From Octopus bimaculoides (Eukaryota), in contig NC_068986.1 of the NCBI RefSeq assembly GCF_001194135.2, forward strand, positions 51,378,297 through 51,442,296: a stretch of 64,000 nucleotides of DNA, in the 5' to 3' direction. Every line of letters begins with the position of its first letter. Within the stretch, counting starts at the first letter, position 1. Under the pieces are notes generated by a model. The model saw only the letters and a program-made list of their open reading frames with translations, ran no database searches and had not been told where the DNA came from. Of this stretch, positions 1 to 13,281 are shown piece after piece. The translations under genes and the position numbers were made by a program.

Positions 1-270
1 TTTTTTTTTTTTTTTTTTTTTTTTCTATTTTCAAAGACTAGCGTCCTTCCTTGTTCTTTTAAAAGAGACCAACCATGTTGTATATTCGAGTCTGAAAGAT
101 TGCTTGCATACACGCGGCACGCTATACAAGCTTATCTGACAATCGTGTTTTCATTGTGTGAAACTAATAGTAATGTATATGTGTGTGTGTGTGTGTAAGT
201 ATGTGTGCGTGTGCGTATATATATATATATGTGTGTGTGTGCATGTGTGTGAATATCTGTATATGTATAT

Positions 271-493
271 ATTCTTTTATTCTTTTACTCATTTCAGTCA
301 TTCGACTGCGGCTCTGCTGGAGCACCGCCTTTTAGTCGAAGAAATCGACTTCAGAACTATTCTTTATAAACCTGATACTTATTCTATCGGTCTCCTTTGC
401 CGAACAGCTGGATTACGGTGGCGTAAACGCACCGACATCAGTTGTCAAGCGATGGTGGGTGGGGACAAACACAAAAACTAAGACGCACGCGCG

Positions 494-532
<39 letters not shown>

Positions 533-673
533 TCGCACACATATACGACGGGCTTCTTTTCTGTTTCCGTCTATCAAATCCATTCACAAGACTTTGGTCG
601 GCCCGAGGCTATAGTAGAAGACATTTTGCCTAAGAATGGGAAGCAAGCTTCTTACTACACAGCCACACCTGGC
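271..673 (-). mobile_element. composite tRNA-derived SINE (octopus OK-like head + internal (TG)n + body)
   Basis: The head resembles ggctgtgtggtaag...ttgggcaagtgtcttctactatagcc, which recurs at 18954, 20905, 43690, 46015 and 62344. The body recurs at 17487, 20257 and 63140. Confidence 0.8.
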
Positions 674-1928
674 CATATATATATTAATAATGTTTTGAAT
701 GGCACAACAACGCACTATAATAACTGGTGTAATTTAATCATCCATAGTCTGATATAATATTTCCGAATATATAAATTCTTTCTTCAGATATCCCTAGTGA
801 TTGATCGAGTCACTGCTATAGTCGGTTTAGCAGTGACTTGATTAACTTAGTTAAACCATGTGTAGCGACTTTCAAAAGAAAAGGGAGATAATTTCAAGAA
901 ATAGAGTATTGATTTCTCAATTTAGATTTAAAAGAACTTAATCTGACTTTTGTTTGCGAGCAATGGATAACTTCGCCTGCAGTGTTTAGTTTCACTTTCG
1001 CCACGCTTATAGCTAGAAGACGAATGAACAAAGAGATCGCCGGAATGCCTTCTGTCCAAGGAAGCACAGTGTTATATGTCTATAGAAAAGAAGTTTAATC
1101 TTAACAGAATTTGGTTATCTTTGAATAGGTATAGCGACGGAGTAGGGTCAACACGTGGGATTTTCATTAGTTTTCAGCATTACATTGCAAATTTGTCCCG
1201 AAGCCATAACTTGAAGACGAGTGAACTCACCTAAGTTTATGAACCTCAATATACATGAGCCTCTCTCTGTGTTATGTTCATTTTTTTTTTCCTCTGTCAC
1301 CTCTCTCGCTCTCTCCAGTTTTGAGACTGGTCACTCTACTCACTCTCCTCACTTGTGTTTATTTTTCTCTGGCCTGAGATGAGATGGGATACCTCTTACT
1401 TCTTGTGTTTTCTTTGGTTTTGTTTAAAACGAGTGAGACATCTCACTGCCATCTCTCTCTTTCTCTCTCCCTCCCCCTCATGCTCTCGCTCTCCGTCTTC
1501 CTCTCCCACCCGCTATCCCTCCCCCTTCTGCTCTCTCGCGCTCCCTCCCTCTCTCTTTCCTTCCCCCCTCTCTGCTTGGTTCTGGTTGAGACGGGTGCCA
1601 TCTCTGACTTACAATGTGTTTTTTCGTATCGTTTGTAATATAACGCCAACAACACCTTAGAATCTATTCTTTTATTTCTTTCCTCCTCTTCACACTATTT
1701 TTTTCATTCTTTTTTTTCTTCAGAAGTCAATGATACAGTCGAGGCATTCATGCTGCATTACGAAACATCACTTAAACTAATAGCAGTTAGTTATGCGGTG
1801 CTCTGTTCAATAATACCGCGCGTGCCTTATTTTGGCGAAGTTACAACTTTATAGTATATTATCATTAAAATAGAATATGTGTATGTACGCCTGAGAAAGC
1901 GAGACAGTGAAAGAAAGAAACAAACAAA

Positions 1929-1979
<51 letters not shown>

Positions 1980-3378
1980 NNNNNNNNNNNNNNNNNNNNN
2001 NNNNNNNNNNNNNNNNNNNNNNNNNNNNNNNNNNNNNNNNNNNNNNNNNNNNNNNNNNNNNNNNNNNNNNNNNNNNNNNNNNNNNNNNNNNNNNNNNNNN
2101 NNNNNNNNNNNNNNNNNNNNNNNNNNNNNNNNNNNNNNNNNNNNNNNNNNNNNNNNNNNNNNNNNNNNNNNNNNNNNNNNNNNNNNNNNNNNNNNNNNNN
2201 NNNNNNNNNNNNNNNNNNNNNNNNNNNNNNNNNNNNNNNNNNNNNNNNNNNNNNNNNNNNNNNNNNNNNNNNNNNNNNNNNNNNNNNNNNNNNNNNNNNN
2301 NNNNNNNNNNNNNNNNNNNNNNNNNNNNNNNNNNNNNNNNNNNNNNNNNNNNNNCCCCATAACCTCTCGGTGTTTAAAAACTAGTTTTACAGAAACTCCT
2401 TTCAAAATTCCTACTTTGTTTTTCATATATTAACTTGTGTAGGTTGACCATGTAAAATGTTAGAAAAAGAAACCTGGCTGTATCTTGCAATACATACCAA
2501 AACATACATCTAAAGCAAAAATTTTCAGGGGCTCTTAAAATGCTTTCGTGAATCCCTAATTTACTATTTTAATCTTATATGGACCTGGTTGAGAACCACT
2601 GATGTAGACGGATGCAGACGATGACCATGATATCTTACTTGCCTCATCCGGCTCACTGCACTCCAAAATGTGTTGCTGCAGCTGCTTTCACTTCCATTGA
2701 ACCACGAAGGTTTCTCCCGCAGAGTTCACTGGATGCAATCTTCACATGCATAGGCAGACAAGCCCTAATACGCTAATTAACCCATAGCTGGGACCCTGAC
2801 AAATGCTATTACTTCGGGTCAGAGTAAATCTCGAAAGAACAGTGGCTGAGATATGATTCTACATTTATCAAATGTACGAATATGAGTGAGTGGTAGTTCA
2901 ATACTTGTTTGTATTCAGTCCTCCTTGGTTGCACTGTGTCCTAACAAATGCATTGTTTTAATTTGTGTCGTCTGCAAGTATTTCGTGCGTCTGTAAGCGC
3001 TTCTGCTTGCTTGTTTTTGAGATTGAAATGAATGTACTTTTTATCAGAAATATAAATCTGTATGCAAAAGCCATAAACATTCACACAAATACAAAGATAA
3101 GCTCAAAAACAAAACACAATAATAAGCCAACATGCACAACTCACATGAAATAATTAATTTTATCCAGACATATTTATGCNNNNNNNNNNNNNNNNNNNNN
3201 NNNNNNNNNNNNNNNNNNNNNNNNNNNNNNNNNNNNNNNNNNNNNNNNNNNNNNNNNNNNNNNNNNNNNNNNNNNNNNNNNNNNNNNNNNNNNNNNNNNN
3301 NNNNNNNNNNNNNNNNNNNNNNNNNNNNNNNNNNNNNNNNNNNNNNNNNNNNNNNNNNNNNNNNNNNNNNNNNNNNNN

Positions 3379-3414
<36 letters not shown>

Positions 3415-4106
3415 CATACATGCACACACATATATATACATATATTCCTTCATACTGTTACAAATGCACGTATTTGCATACATGCGTACTTGCGTAAAAT
3501 TGTCTATGCACAAATTTGTAAGTTTATCTGCACTTTGAGAGCTTGCTGCATGCTTTAAGTACATACACTTAAAGCACGCGACATGTATGTATGTATGTAT
3601 GTATGTATGTATGTATGTATGTATATGCATACATACATACAATTGCGTTTGTGTTCATGCATGTAATCAGAACGATACAAACAAGAGGTGCTTGTAACAT
3701 TTATATGAATGAAATTTCCAAATGTCGTCACACAACACAACCCTAGTGTAGCAGTAATCGTTAAAAGAAAACATAACAAAAAATATCCGAACTGAATAAA
3801 AGCGACATAATATGGCCGGATGTGCTTTCATTTCGAAAGCCGCTCCAATCTTAAACTTGTAAAGACATTTAGTAAATGTGATATGCATCTTTATTATTCA
3901 AATAGTAAAAGATTGTAATAGACGTATATTTCTTTTATGAATATATTTTGTTTGAATTAACAGAACTTTTGCATCTACGATCTTTAATCTTCATAAATTG
4001 AAGGTTACTGCTCTTTCATCTCTTTTTCCCTCCATAATTCTCTGCTTTTGTTTTTCCACCATTTTGTCTGCCTGCCTGTCTGTCTGTCTATCTGTCTTTC
4101 TGTCTG

Positions 4107-4151
<45 letters not shown>

Positions 4152-4747
4152 AATGCCTATTACTCACTTGCCAATGCTCCACAACAAATAAAGATGTTAA
4201 GCTGCGGATATATATATATATATACATATATATACGTTTGTATGTATATACATACATAGGGGTATATACACATACACACACACATTCTGTCGACTAGATA
4301 TCAGTCAGATTTTAAGCAATTGATCAATTCTTTACGTTGGATATAAAGTCTACGGCTGATGTTTGCCAATCCTAGAAAACAATGAACGTCTGCTTCGGCA
4401 AAAATTACTTCAGTAAAGTTTACTCAATCGAATGAATTTGTGTGCTGGGTGAAGAGAATCATACTGTTCCCAGCATTCTACGAAGCATCGCTCTGCCTGA
4501 ATCGATAGAGTTTCTTCTTATAACACATAATTGTGAAATTTCTCGTTTAATTACCTAATTTTGTTAGTCCTGGTAGTTTTGATTGATAATATTTCTCCTC
4601 TTGTCCGGAACATTTAATACATTTAATACATTTAACATCGTATTAGAGTTCTTATTTGTTCACTTATTCTCTACCCATTCTTTCAGAATATTGAACAGAA
4701 CATGGGGTGATTTTAATCTCTAGTTTATTCATAAGGATTCTCTGAAT

Positions 4748-5111
4748 AGGGTTCCAGTTGATCCGATCAACGGAACAGCCTGCTCGTGAAATTAACGTGC
4801 AAGTGGCTGAGCACTCCACAGACACGTGTACCCTTAACGTAGTTCTCGTGGATATTCAGCGTGACACAGTGTGACACAGCGTGACAAGGCTGACCCTTTG
4901 AATTACAGGCACAACAGAAATAGGAAGTAAGAGTGAGAGAAAGTTGTGGTGAAAGAGTACAGTAGGGTTCGCCACCATCCCCTGCCGGAGCCTCGTGGAG
5001 CTTTAGGTGTTTTCGCTCAATGAACACTCACAACGCCCGGTCTGGGAATCGAAACCACGATCCTATGACCGCGAGTCCGCTGCCCTAACCACTGGGCCAT
5101 TGTGCCTCCAC
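4748..5111 (-). mobile_element. tRNA-derived SINE, family A (full length, young)
   Basis: A/B-box-like head ggaggcacaatggcccagtggttaggg...gtttcgattccc. Perfect 16-bp TSD taaggattctctgaat at 4732-4747 and 5112-5127. Near-identical to 13576-13945 and 21661-22103. Confidence 0.92.
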
Positions 5112-5183
5112 TAAGGATTCTCTGAATCTCTGTTTGATTTTATCTTTATTGGGGTTTTTTTATATGTATATTTTCATTGCACT

Positions 5184-5400
5184 CAAGGCGGAGAGCTAGC
5201 AAAATCGTTAGCACGCCAGAAAAAATGCTTAGCGACATTTCGTCCGTGGTTACGTGCTGAGTTCAAATTCCACCAAGATCGACTTTGCCTTTTATCCTTT
5301 TAGGGGTCGATAAAATAAGTAACCAGTTGAACACTGGGGTTATGTAATCGACTTAACCCTTCCCCCGAAATTTCTGGCCTTGTGCTAAAATTTGAAACCA
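5184..5400 (+). mobile_element. SINE family B (Meta-domain-like core)
   Basis: Core gactttgccttttatccttttaggggtcgataaaataagta. Perfect 16-bp TSD atattttcattgcact at 5168-5183 and 5401-5416. Confidence 0.9.
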
Positions 5401-6570
5401 ATATTTTCATTGCACTTTATTGTACCTTTACACAAAATTAAGGGTTTTCTTTTCTGTTCCTTTATTTATTTATTTTTATTTACGTTCCAGTAATTATCTA
5501 CTATGCATACTTCATTAGAGTTTTCTAGTTTGTCTCGAATCATTTCGGAATGTGCCGGTCGGGTATATTCTCACTATTGCCGCAATGTATCAAGTAATTT
5601 TCTGATTTTGCTCTTCAGGCTCCTTACTTCACGTTAAATATCAGAAAATAAGAGGAGTGCGAATGAACCAAGATAATTCAGTGGACTTGCAGATCGGCGC
5701 CTGGAGAGAAAAGTACATGTTGGTCAATATCGAGCCGAAATGAATGTCCTGTAAAGATATTAAGAGTGTAACACTGGCCATACTTCTTGGTGAATAGGAA
5801 CAGAGTTGTTTCTCGTAAATGAGCTAAGAAGAAACTATCTCTGAAGTGGCGAACGCAAAGATGACCTCCGTCTTTATAACTGTCTGACCGTCGTGTCTTG
5901 AACCAGTTTTCATTTTCACTAACTGAAGCATCAGCTCTTTTGTTTCTTGTAGGGAAAGGGTACATTCCACTTGTTAGGTTCATCTCTTGCCAACATCTCT
6001 GCGCTGAGGACTCGATATGTTATAGCTGATGATGCCCAGGCATGCGCTGAGTCTGCAAATATTTCCGGATGTAGTAACGGTTTCTGAGGCACGTTTTCTT
6101 GTATTTCGTATGACTGACAGGAGCGCCTGGCAGCTGGAATATTATTAGGGACATTTTATAGTAGACAACATTAAATGGATTGAAGACTGACACTCCTCTT
6201 TGGTCAAGTCCTCATTAATTTTTTTCAAGTTTCCCTTGAAGACTAAAGTGAAAGTAGACAGGCTGGTGCTGTCATCTGGTGGAATTTATGAAAAGTGAGC
6301 AAGATTATGAAAAATGCGCTTGTAGGCCAGTGTTGATAACTGAAATAGAGTTCTCGTCCTTTGTAGTTAGGGTAATTCTGGATTCCACTTACTGTTACGT
6401 TTAATTTCATATCTTTTGCATACTTTTCTTTTCCGAGTGTGTATTTTTTTAATAATTTCTGATTACACCCATACTGTTCTTTTCAATTTGTCCCTGTAAT
6501 ATTTCCTTCATCTCATATCTTGATGATTTCTACTAAATGATAGAAATCATCATCATTATTATTATCATTT

Positions 6571-7000
6571 AGGCGACGAGCTGGCAGAAACGTTAGCACG
6601 CCGGGCAAAATGCTTAGCGGTATTTCGTCTGCCGCTACGTTTTGAGTTCAAATTCCGCCGAGGTCAACTTTGCCTTTCATCCTTTCGGGGTCGATTAAAT
6701 AAGTACTGGGGTCGATATAATCGACTTAATCCGTTTGTCTGTCCTTGTTTGTCCTCTCTGTGTGTAGCCCCTTGTGGGCAGTAAAGAAATAACAATCATT
6801 AACGCGCTGGACGAAATGCTTAGCGGTATTTTGTCCGTCGCTACGTTCTGAGTTCAAATTCCACCGAGGGCAACTTCATCCTTTCGGGGGTCAATAAAAT
6901 AAGTACCATTTGAACACGGAGGTCGATGTAATCGACTCATCCTCTCCCTCAAAATTGCTACCCTTGTGGCAAAATTTGAAACTATTATTATCATCATCAC

Positions 7001-7067
<67 letters not shown>

Positions 7068-7295
7068 GTTGTTGTTGTTATTATCATTATCGGGCTGGCA
7101 GAATCGCTAGCACGCTGGGCAAATGCTTAGCGGTATTTCGTCTATTTTCACGTTTTGAGTTCAAATTCCGCCGAGGTTGACTTTGCCTTTCAACCTTTCA
7201 GGGACGACAAAATGAGTACTAGTTGAGTACTGGGATCTCTGCGATCGACTTAACCCCTTCCTCCAAATTACTGGCCTTGAGCTAAAATTTGAAAT
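6571..7295 (+). mobile_element. array of 3 family-B SINEs separated by (ATT)n
   Basis: Copies at about 6571-6790, 6800-6985 and 7091-7295, all in the same orientation. Confidence 0.85.
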
Positions 7296-7307
7296 CATCA
7301 TCATCAC

Positions 7308-7352
<45 letters not shown>

Positions 7353-7420
7353 CATTCTTCTTCTTCTTCTTCTTCTTCTTATTGTCATCATCGTCATCGT
7401 CGTCGTCTTCGTCATCATCG

Positions 7421-7460
<40 letters not shown>
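7296..7460. repeat. compound trinucleotide microsatellite (ATT)n(CTT)n(CAT/CGT)n
   Basis: Direct inspection. Confidence 0.95.
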
Positions 7461-7467
7461 TTCTTTC

Positions 7468-7765
7468 GCGCATGGATTAGTGGTTAGGATGTTGCATACA
7501 CGGTTGCGAGATCGTGGTTTCGATTCTCATATCGGGCGTTGCTTTGCGTTCTTGAGCGAAACACTTCATTTCACGTCGCTCTGTAATCATTTCGTCATCT
7601 GATATATGGCACGTCGTGTACCCGTAGAGGTAATGTTGATTCGATGGAGGGAGTTGAGCTTATGTGAATACAAACATGTGATCGCTATAATCAAATCATC
7701 TGTGTGGTTGTTCAGTAAGAAATTTCAGAACCCACATACATTGTCTAACGATGGGAGAGTCCATG
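7468..7765 (+). mobile_element. tRNA-derived SINE, family C
   Basis: Head gcgcatggattagtggttagg and end gggagagtccat. Homologous to the inverted pair at 50472-50746 and 50846-51122. Confidence 0.75.
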
Positions 7766-7889
7766 ATTATTATTTAATGCGTGAAAGAATTGTAGAACAT
7801 GTTAAGTCTTTATATCCTATAATAATGACTAACGAAACCAACACGGTTTATTTTCAGTTTGAGAAATCTCCAGATTGATGTTTAGTGAT

Positions 7890-8345
7890 AACAATTGGGC
7901 AGGGAATCGTCAGATCTGGCTGAGGAAAAGCTTTGTGAAAAATATTTATTAACTGATCAATAGAAAGTGACACTGTGGAGAAGACTTGAAAAGTTCTGGA
8001 GTGTTTATTATACAGTTTACTTAATCACAGAGTTGTCAAACAAAGAGAACGCCACTACGAGTTGTTATAATATTGATGAGTGAATGCTTTACCTTTCAAT
8101 AGAACTTTTTTAAGGATATGATTTAATATGTTTGTAGTGTGGTAGCGGATCCGTATCTGATGTGAGTGCAGTACTCAAATTTCTAATGCGAAACGAGCTC
8201 ATACCTTGTAGAGAGTCAGTGATTGTTTAAAGTTGAATAGGAAATCTAAGTTTTGGAAATATAACATCGGCTACGTTGAAGATGTGTTGTTGCCATGAAA
8301 TATCATCCGAGGTTGTGATATTAAGCATTTGTAGAAAAGTTAAAA
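7890..8345 (-). mobile_element. decayed CR1/Jockey-type LINE fragment
   Basis: Frameshifted pieces DISWQQHIFNVA, LYK and EYCTHI resemble the post-RT motifs LSWxxHI...LYK...LEYCSHIW. Confidence 0.5.
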
Positions 8346-9093
8346 AGGTCGTTATTGATTGGTCTTTATGAGTAGAAGAGATTTGATGTTTCTATAGATG
8401 CTTGTTCTTCATATTTCCTAGTGTTTAATGATGAAAAAGGGGCTGGGTGGCGAAGGGTTTAGAGACTGGATAATATATAGAGAACTCATACAAAGAGGAT
8501 CGTAGATTTAATGTGGGCCCTTGATCTGCCAGAAATAGCAATCAACTCTCCTTCAAATCACAATCAGACCCGTCACTTTAAATAAGCAAATGATACTTTG
8601 GATAAAGGCCAAGACAAATTTAAAAAGATGAGGTGGTTACAAGTGGAATGCATTTGACTAAAGATGTGTATATAGACATCTATCCATATGTCTTCCTGTC
8701 TACCTGGCTGGCTAGATTTGCCTGTCTGTCTGTCCCTCTGTATGTATGCATGTATGTAATTATAACTCTAGTGACCACTTAGTTTTTTTTACTTCTGTTT
8801 CCATTATTACGATTTTAAATACTTCGTAATACATAAACTAAAAATGTTTCTACGACTACGTTATTCCTGCTTGCGAATGTAACAATATACTATCTGCTGG
8901 AGTGTTTCTAATTGTTGTTAATATTCTTGTTGCCGTTAATATTGATATGATTATCGTTATTACTGTTGTTATTATTAAGCATATGCGTGTGTATATGCGC
9001 ACACAGATATGCATATAGTAACCTCTAAACACATCAGGAGAGTATTGGATCCTCATTGTCGTCGTCGTCATCATCATCACCTTCAGCATCACC

Positions 9094-9131
<38 letters not shown>

Positions 9132-9240
9132 TCGCTTCGTTATCATCATCATTAATAAGTTTTGTCTATCCTTACATATTTTCACACACTTTTATATGCT
9201 ATTATATTGCATGAATGAATAGGCCCTGGTCGCAATAATA

Positions 9241-9476
9241 AAGAATCATTAACGAGCCGGACAGAATGTTGAGCGGCATTTTTATTTTCAGTTTTACGCT
9301 CTGGAGTGAAATTCCGCAGAGGCCAACTTTGCCTTTCATCCTTCGGGGTCGATAAAATGAGTACCAGTTGAACACTAGGGTCGATGTAATCGACTTGTCC
9401 CCTCCTCCGAAATTTCAGGCATTGTGTCTATTATAGAAAGGGTTATTATTATCATTATCATCATCATCATTATTGC

Positions 9477-9513
<37 letters not shown>

Positions 9514-9645
9514 GGGGAACTGGTTTTGCGCTCCGAGCTGAAATTCCACAGAGGTTGACTTTTATAAGTATCAGTCAAATACTAGAGTTGATGTAATCAA
9601 CTAGCCTCCTCCACCAAAATTTCAGGCCTTGTGCCTATAGTAGAA

Positions 9646-9687
<42 letters not shown>

Positions 9688-10178
9688 TATTTTTTTTTTT
9701 TTTAAAGCGATGAGCTGGCAGAATCATTAGCACACCGGGCAAAATGCTTAGCAATATTTCGTCGGATTTAGCATTCTAAATTCAAATGCCGCCGAAGTCG
9801 ACTTTACCTTTCATCCTTTCTGGGTCAATGAAATGAGTACCAGTTGAACACTGGGGTCGATGTAATCAACTTAGCCACCTCCCCCAGAAACTGCTGGCCT
9901 TGTGTCTAAATTTGAATTCATTATTATTATTATTATTACCTATTATCATCATTATTATTATGAAGGTTGTCACCTGGCAGAATCGTTAGCAAGCCGGGCA
10001 AAATGCATAGCGGCATTTCGTCCGTCTTTACGTTCTGAGTTCAAATTCCGCCGAGGTCGACTTTGCCTTTCATCCTTTCGGAGTCGATAAAATAAGTACC
10101 AATTGAACACTAGGGTCGATGTAATCGACTCATCCCCACCTCCAAATTTGCTGCCCTTGTGGCAAAATTTGAAATTAT
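9241..10178 (+). mobile_element. array of 4 family-B SINEs separated by (ATT)n
   Basis: Copies at about 9241-9440, 9512-9650, 9706-9920 and 9964-10178. Confidence 0.85.
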
Positions 10179-10309
10179 CATTATTATTATTATTATTATT
10201 GTCATCATAATCATAATTTTCGTTATCATGATCATATTGCCATTGTTTGCAAGTATTGTTTTCTTTGTTATATTTTCTTGGCTTATTTTCTAATATTACA
10301 AATTCCATG

Positions 10310-11210
10310 ATTGTTCACCAATGTTAACCAATGTTTACCAATGCTGATGCTATTGTTTACAAAGTCAATACCGTCATTTAAACGTGTTCATCAACGACGT
10401 ATCATTGAATACTCCAGTTATTTCATTTTACTAACGTTCTTATCAATATTCACCGACGTTTAACAATCTTCGTACCATTGGGGATTAATATTCACCAATG
10501 TTAACACCATGTTTACAATTTTTTTTATTCTATTAATGATACCATTGATTACCTGTGTTTACGAATGTTGTCTGCCACTGTTTATCATTGTTGATAGCAT
10601 CCTTTACCATTGCTTACCTGTATTGAGCCCTATGTTGATATTCAGTACTCATCAACATGAATACCTTTCTTTAGATATTTTACCAATGTTTGTTGATAAC
10701 AATATTTAACCTCGTTTAACAATGTTACTACAATGTTGAATCCAATCTTTTTCTATGTTAATGTCATTTTTGTTTACTAATATTTTACCATTGCTGACCA
10801 GTGTTTACCAGTATTCTATCATTGTTCACCAATGTTTGATAATTTTCTTCTATTGTTCACCAATTTTTAACAATGTTGGAACCATTATTTACCATCGTTT
10901 AACAATTTCGATATCATTTTTGTTTACCAGTATTTATCAATGTTTCACCACTGTTGACCAGTGTTTATCAGTATTCTACCAATGTTTCATAACATTCTGC
11001 CATTGTTCACTAACTTTTAGCAATGTTCGTAGCATTCCCTAAAACTGTTTACCGATTTTGATATGTTTATCAATGCCTGCCATTATTTAGCAAAGTCGTT
11101 GACGAATGTTCATCGACGTTGTACCATTGTTTACCAATGCTTGTCAACATTGATATCGTCGTTTACCAATACTTAACAATAGTGATGCCATTATTTATTG
11201 CTATGAAAAT
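10310..11210. repeat. cryptic degenerate tandem repeat built on TTTACCAATG / TTCACCAATGTT
   Basis: Dozens of variant motifs (ttcaccaatgtt, tttaccaatgc, ttaccattg, tttaacaatg) over about 900 bp. Confidence 0.7.
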
Positions 11211-11545
11211 AATCATTAACAAAATATGTTGCCATTCCCATTCCATGCCCAGTTTTTTCTTCTTCTTCTTCTACTACTACTACTACTACTACACACAATT
11301 TTTAATTTCAGAGTTGGTAAAGCGTTGGGGGAAAGTCCTTGCAATAAAATGCATTGGATCTGTTACATTTTGGTTTCAAGTACCACCAGAGACAATTTGG
11401 CATTTCATTTTTTTTTTTTTTTTTCGAAGGGACAGGTCTGATAAAATTCGCATTTGTCAAATACTGGTGGTTCCTTTAGAAATACGTGTGATTCTCGGCC
11501 AAAGTTAGAAATCCCCCCACCTCATCATTGCTATTATTATTGTCA

Positions 11546-11758
11546 AAGGCGGCTTGCTGGCAGAATCGTTAGCATATTGGACGAAATGCGTAGTGGTATT
11601 TCACCCATCGCTACGTTCTGAGTTCAAATTCCAGCGAGGTCAACTTTGCCTTTCATTCTTACACTGTTGATAAATTAAGTACCAGTTATGCACTGGGGTC
11701 AATGTAATCGACTAACTACCTTCCCCAAAATTTCAGGCCCTGCACTTATAGTAGAAGG

Positions 11759-11793
<35 letters not shown>

Positions 11794-12269
11794 GGTGATG
11801 AGCTGGCAGAATCGTTAGCACACTGGATGAAATGCTTAGCAGTATTTCACCCATTGATACGTTCTGAGTTCAAATCCCGCCGAGGTCAACTTTGCCTTTC
11901 ATTCTTACAGGGTTGATAAATTAAGTACCAGTGAAGTACTGGAGTTGATATAATCGACTAGCTCCACTCCCGCAAAAATTTCAGGCCTTGTGACTATAGC
12001 AGAAGGGATTATTATTATTATTATCATTATCATTAATGCTGCAAGCTACCAGGATCATTAGCACACTGGACAAAATGCTTTGCGGTATTAAGTCTGTCTT
12101 AACATTCTGAAGTCAAATTCTGCAGAGGTTGACTTTGCCTTTCATCCTTTTGGTGGTGGTGGTGGTGGGGAATCAATGAAATAAATATCAGTTATGTACT
12201 GCAGTCAATATAATCGACTAGCTCCTTCCCTAAAATTTCAGGCCTTGTGCCTTTAGTAGAAATGAAAGA

Positions 12270-12304
<35 letters not shown>

Positions 12305-12530
12305 CATTATCATTAAAGCTGCAAGCTGCTAGAATCATTAGCATGCTGGACAAAATGCTTAGCAACATTTTGTCCGTCTTTATGTAATGAAATCAAATTC
12401 CGCTGAGGTTGACTTTGCCTTTCATCCTTTCAGGGTCGATAAAGTAAGTACCAGTAAAGTACTGGGGGTAGACCAAATTGACTTGCCCCTTGCTCTTAAA
12501 ATTTCTGGCCTTGTGCCAAAATTAAAAAGA
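11546..12530 (+). mobile_element. array of 4 family-B SINEs separated by (ATT)n, CpG-decayed
   Basis: Copies at about 11546-11760, 11792-12008, 12037-12265 and 12316-12530. Confidence 0.85.
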
Positions 12531-13281
12531 ATTATTATTATTATTATTATTGTTATTATTATTTCTAATATCCCCTTTCTGTATACCATGGTATAAAAGT
12601 GAAAAAAAAAAAAATGGTTATTTTTTGTTATTGTTGTTAATATTCATTTTTTTTTAATATATTTTTTTTTGTTGTTGTTAATACATCTTGCTGATTGTTT
12701 ACAAATTGTCATGATCAGATCAATGATAAAAATGAAAAAAAAAAAATTAAAAAAGAACTAAAAATAGATACAAAAGACATTTACATGAAGATACATAAAA
12801 ATATGGGCACACACACACACAGACATATATCACACACATATGTAAATATAAATACACACATACATATATAAGTACATATATATATATTTGCATATATGTA
12901 CATTTATATGCAGTATGTATGTATATGTGTGTCTATATATATGTGTGTGTGTGTATGTATGTATATATATATATATGTGTGTGTGTGTGTATGTATATAT
13001 ATAAAAATATATATAATGTTGACAAAAGAAAACTATAAACTACTACCAGTTGTTTACATCTATCTTACAAGTCTATGAAAGCAAATCATAAATGATGTTA
13101 CACGTTAGAAAGCCTATTAATAAAAATTGATTTGAAAAATAATTTATAATGTTTTATCTCTGGTGTTTGTTGATCTTTTATTTGTTTTCCTGTATTTTGC
13201 ATTTTGTTGAATGTATAGTAATATCTCACTTTATAAGGACCTGCTTTACAAGACCCTGGATTTATGAGTTTTAATTTTCAA

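Noticed and set aside
9040-9110. Minus strand reads AEGDDDDDDDNED, like the expected next NCX exon
   Set aside because: It lies in a (CAT)n microsatellite, has no acceptor, and is followed by PILS-stop rather than EKLPSC.
11290-11510. Unique segment with open frames on both strands at the CpG boundary
   Set aside because: No recognisable protein or RNA family and no paired splice sites.
6571-12530. Regularly recurring conserved units, superficially CRISPR-like
   Set aside because: The units are ~200-bp SINEs with microsatellite linkers in a eukaryotic genome.
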